Position numbers and translations under genes: made by a program
Notes under the pieces: model-generated
The model's database searches: none
The model's input: the letters and a program-made list of their open reading frames with translations, nothing else
Told to the model about the DNA's origin: nothing
In this document: positions 41,581 to 42,195 of the stretch, piece after piece
Layout: each line of letters opens with the position of its first letter
Numbering within the stretch: position 1 is the first letter of the stretch
Assembly: GCA_036560825.1 (NCBI GenBank)
Contig: DATBQN010000004.1
Location: 1 to 42,195 of the forward strand
Source: Thermoanaerobaculia bacterium
Lineage (GTDB): Bacteria > Acidobacteriota > Thermoanaerobaculia > Multivoradales > UBA5704
Length of the DNA: 42,195 bases
Direction of reading: 5' to 3'

Positions 41581-42195
41581 ATGGCGTGCACCCGAGGCTC
41601 GCGGATCCTGCAGGTCCATCCCACGCGGCGCTGCAACCTCCGGTGTCTGCACTGCTACTCATCCTCCGGTCCAGAGGAGCGCGGCGAGCTGTCGGCCGCG
41701 CTCCTCGCGGACGCGCTGAGCGACGCGGCGGCGGAAGGGTACGCCGTCGCCAGCTTCTCCGGCGGCGAGCCGCTCCTCTACCGGCCGCTCCCCGAGGTGC
41801 TCGCGCACGCCCGCCGGCTGGGCATGGTGACCACCGTCACCACCAACGGCATGCTGCTCGACGAGCGCCGGCTGTCCGCCCTCGCCGGCCTCGACCTCCT
41901 GGCGATCAGCCTCGACGGGGTGCCCTCCTCGCACGACCGCATGCGCGCCGATCCCACGGCCTTCGCCAGGATGGCCTCACGGCTCGCCGGCCTGCGCGGC
42001 GCGGAGATACCGTTCGGCTTCATCTTCACCCTCACCCAGCACAACCTCCACGAGCTCGAGTGGGTGACCGCCTTCGCCATCGAGCAGGGGGCGCGGCTCC
42101 TCCAGATCCACCCTCTGGAGGCGGTGGGGCGGGCGGAAACGGAGCTGCCGGAGGCGCCGCCGGACGGCGTCGAGGGCGCCTACGCCCTCCTCCTC
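41581..42195 (+). CDS. Radical SAM enzyme, 3-prime truncated by the window end (not in the ORF track because no stop is reached)
   Basis: MACTRGSRILQVHPTRRCNLRCLHCYSS, with CX3CX2C encoded at 41632-41655, then SFSGGEPLL and VTTNG motifs. The frame is open to 42195. Confidence 0.85.
   Translation, partial: MACTRGSRILQVHPTRRCNLRCLHCYSSSGPEERGELSAALLADALSDAAAEGYAVASFSGGEPLLYRPLPEVLAHARRLGMVTTVTTNGMLLDERRLSALAGLDLLAISLDGVPSSHDRMRADPTAFARMASRLAGLRGAEIPFGFIFTLTQHNLHELEWVTAFAIEQGARLLQIHPLEAVGRAETELPEAPPDGVEGAYALLL

Overview
Very GC-rich (by eye about 70%) bacterial chromosomal segment, apparently from a diderm, given the lipobox lipoproteins, a FadL-type outer-membrane protein and a TssJ-like lipoprotein. 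I recognised no rRNA, tRNA, CRISPR array, transposase or integrase. Most ORFs in the six-frame track are GC-driven shadow ORFs; I call 27 CDS. The window is dominated by a contractile-injection-system (CIS) locus with four parts. (i) A translationally coupled plus-strand operon (<2-20955) encodes a 5-prime-truncated, highly repetitive Pro/Ala/Ser-rich protein, a DUF4255/Pvc16-type cap protein, tube-initiator-like and LysM-like proteins, a split VgrG (gpD-like plus gpV/gp5-like spike), gp25, two Baseplate_J paralogues (one with a six-Asp-box BNR propeller insertion), a P2 gpI-like protein and a DUF6519/LamG/Kelch fibre-like protein. (ii) A minus-strand operon (27647-20971) encodes DotU/TssL-like, IcmF/TssM-like and PAAR-like proteins plus a helical 385-aa protein. 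(iii) An Afp15-type AAA+ ATPase and a DUF4157 protein lie at 27799-30723. (iv) An envelope cluster (30741-35661) encodes an IPT/TIG-PKD lipoprotein, a SciN/TssJ-like lipoprotein, a SPOR protein and a FadL-type OMP. Sheath and tube genes are not in the window and are presumably upstream. The right end carries an orphan 725-aa protein, a two-CXXCH cytochrome-c lipoprotein, two small proteins and a 3-prime-truncated radical SAM enzyme. The most interesting observation is that eCIS-hallmark genes (DUF4255 cap, Afp15-like ATPase, DUF4157) are interleaved with a T6SS-type TssJ/L/M membrane complex. All family assignments come from reading the translations and from memory of family motifs; no searches were run.
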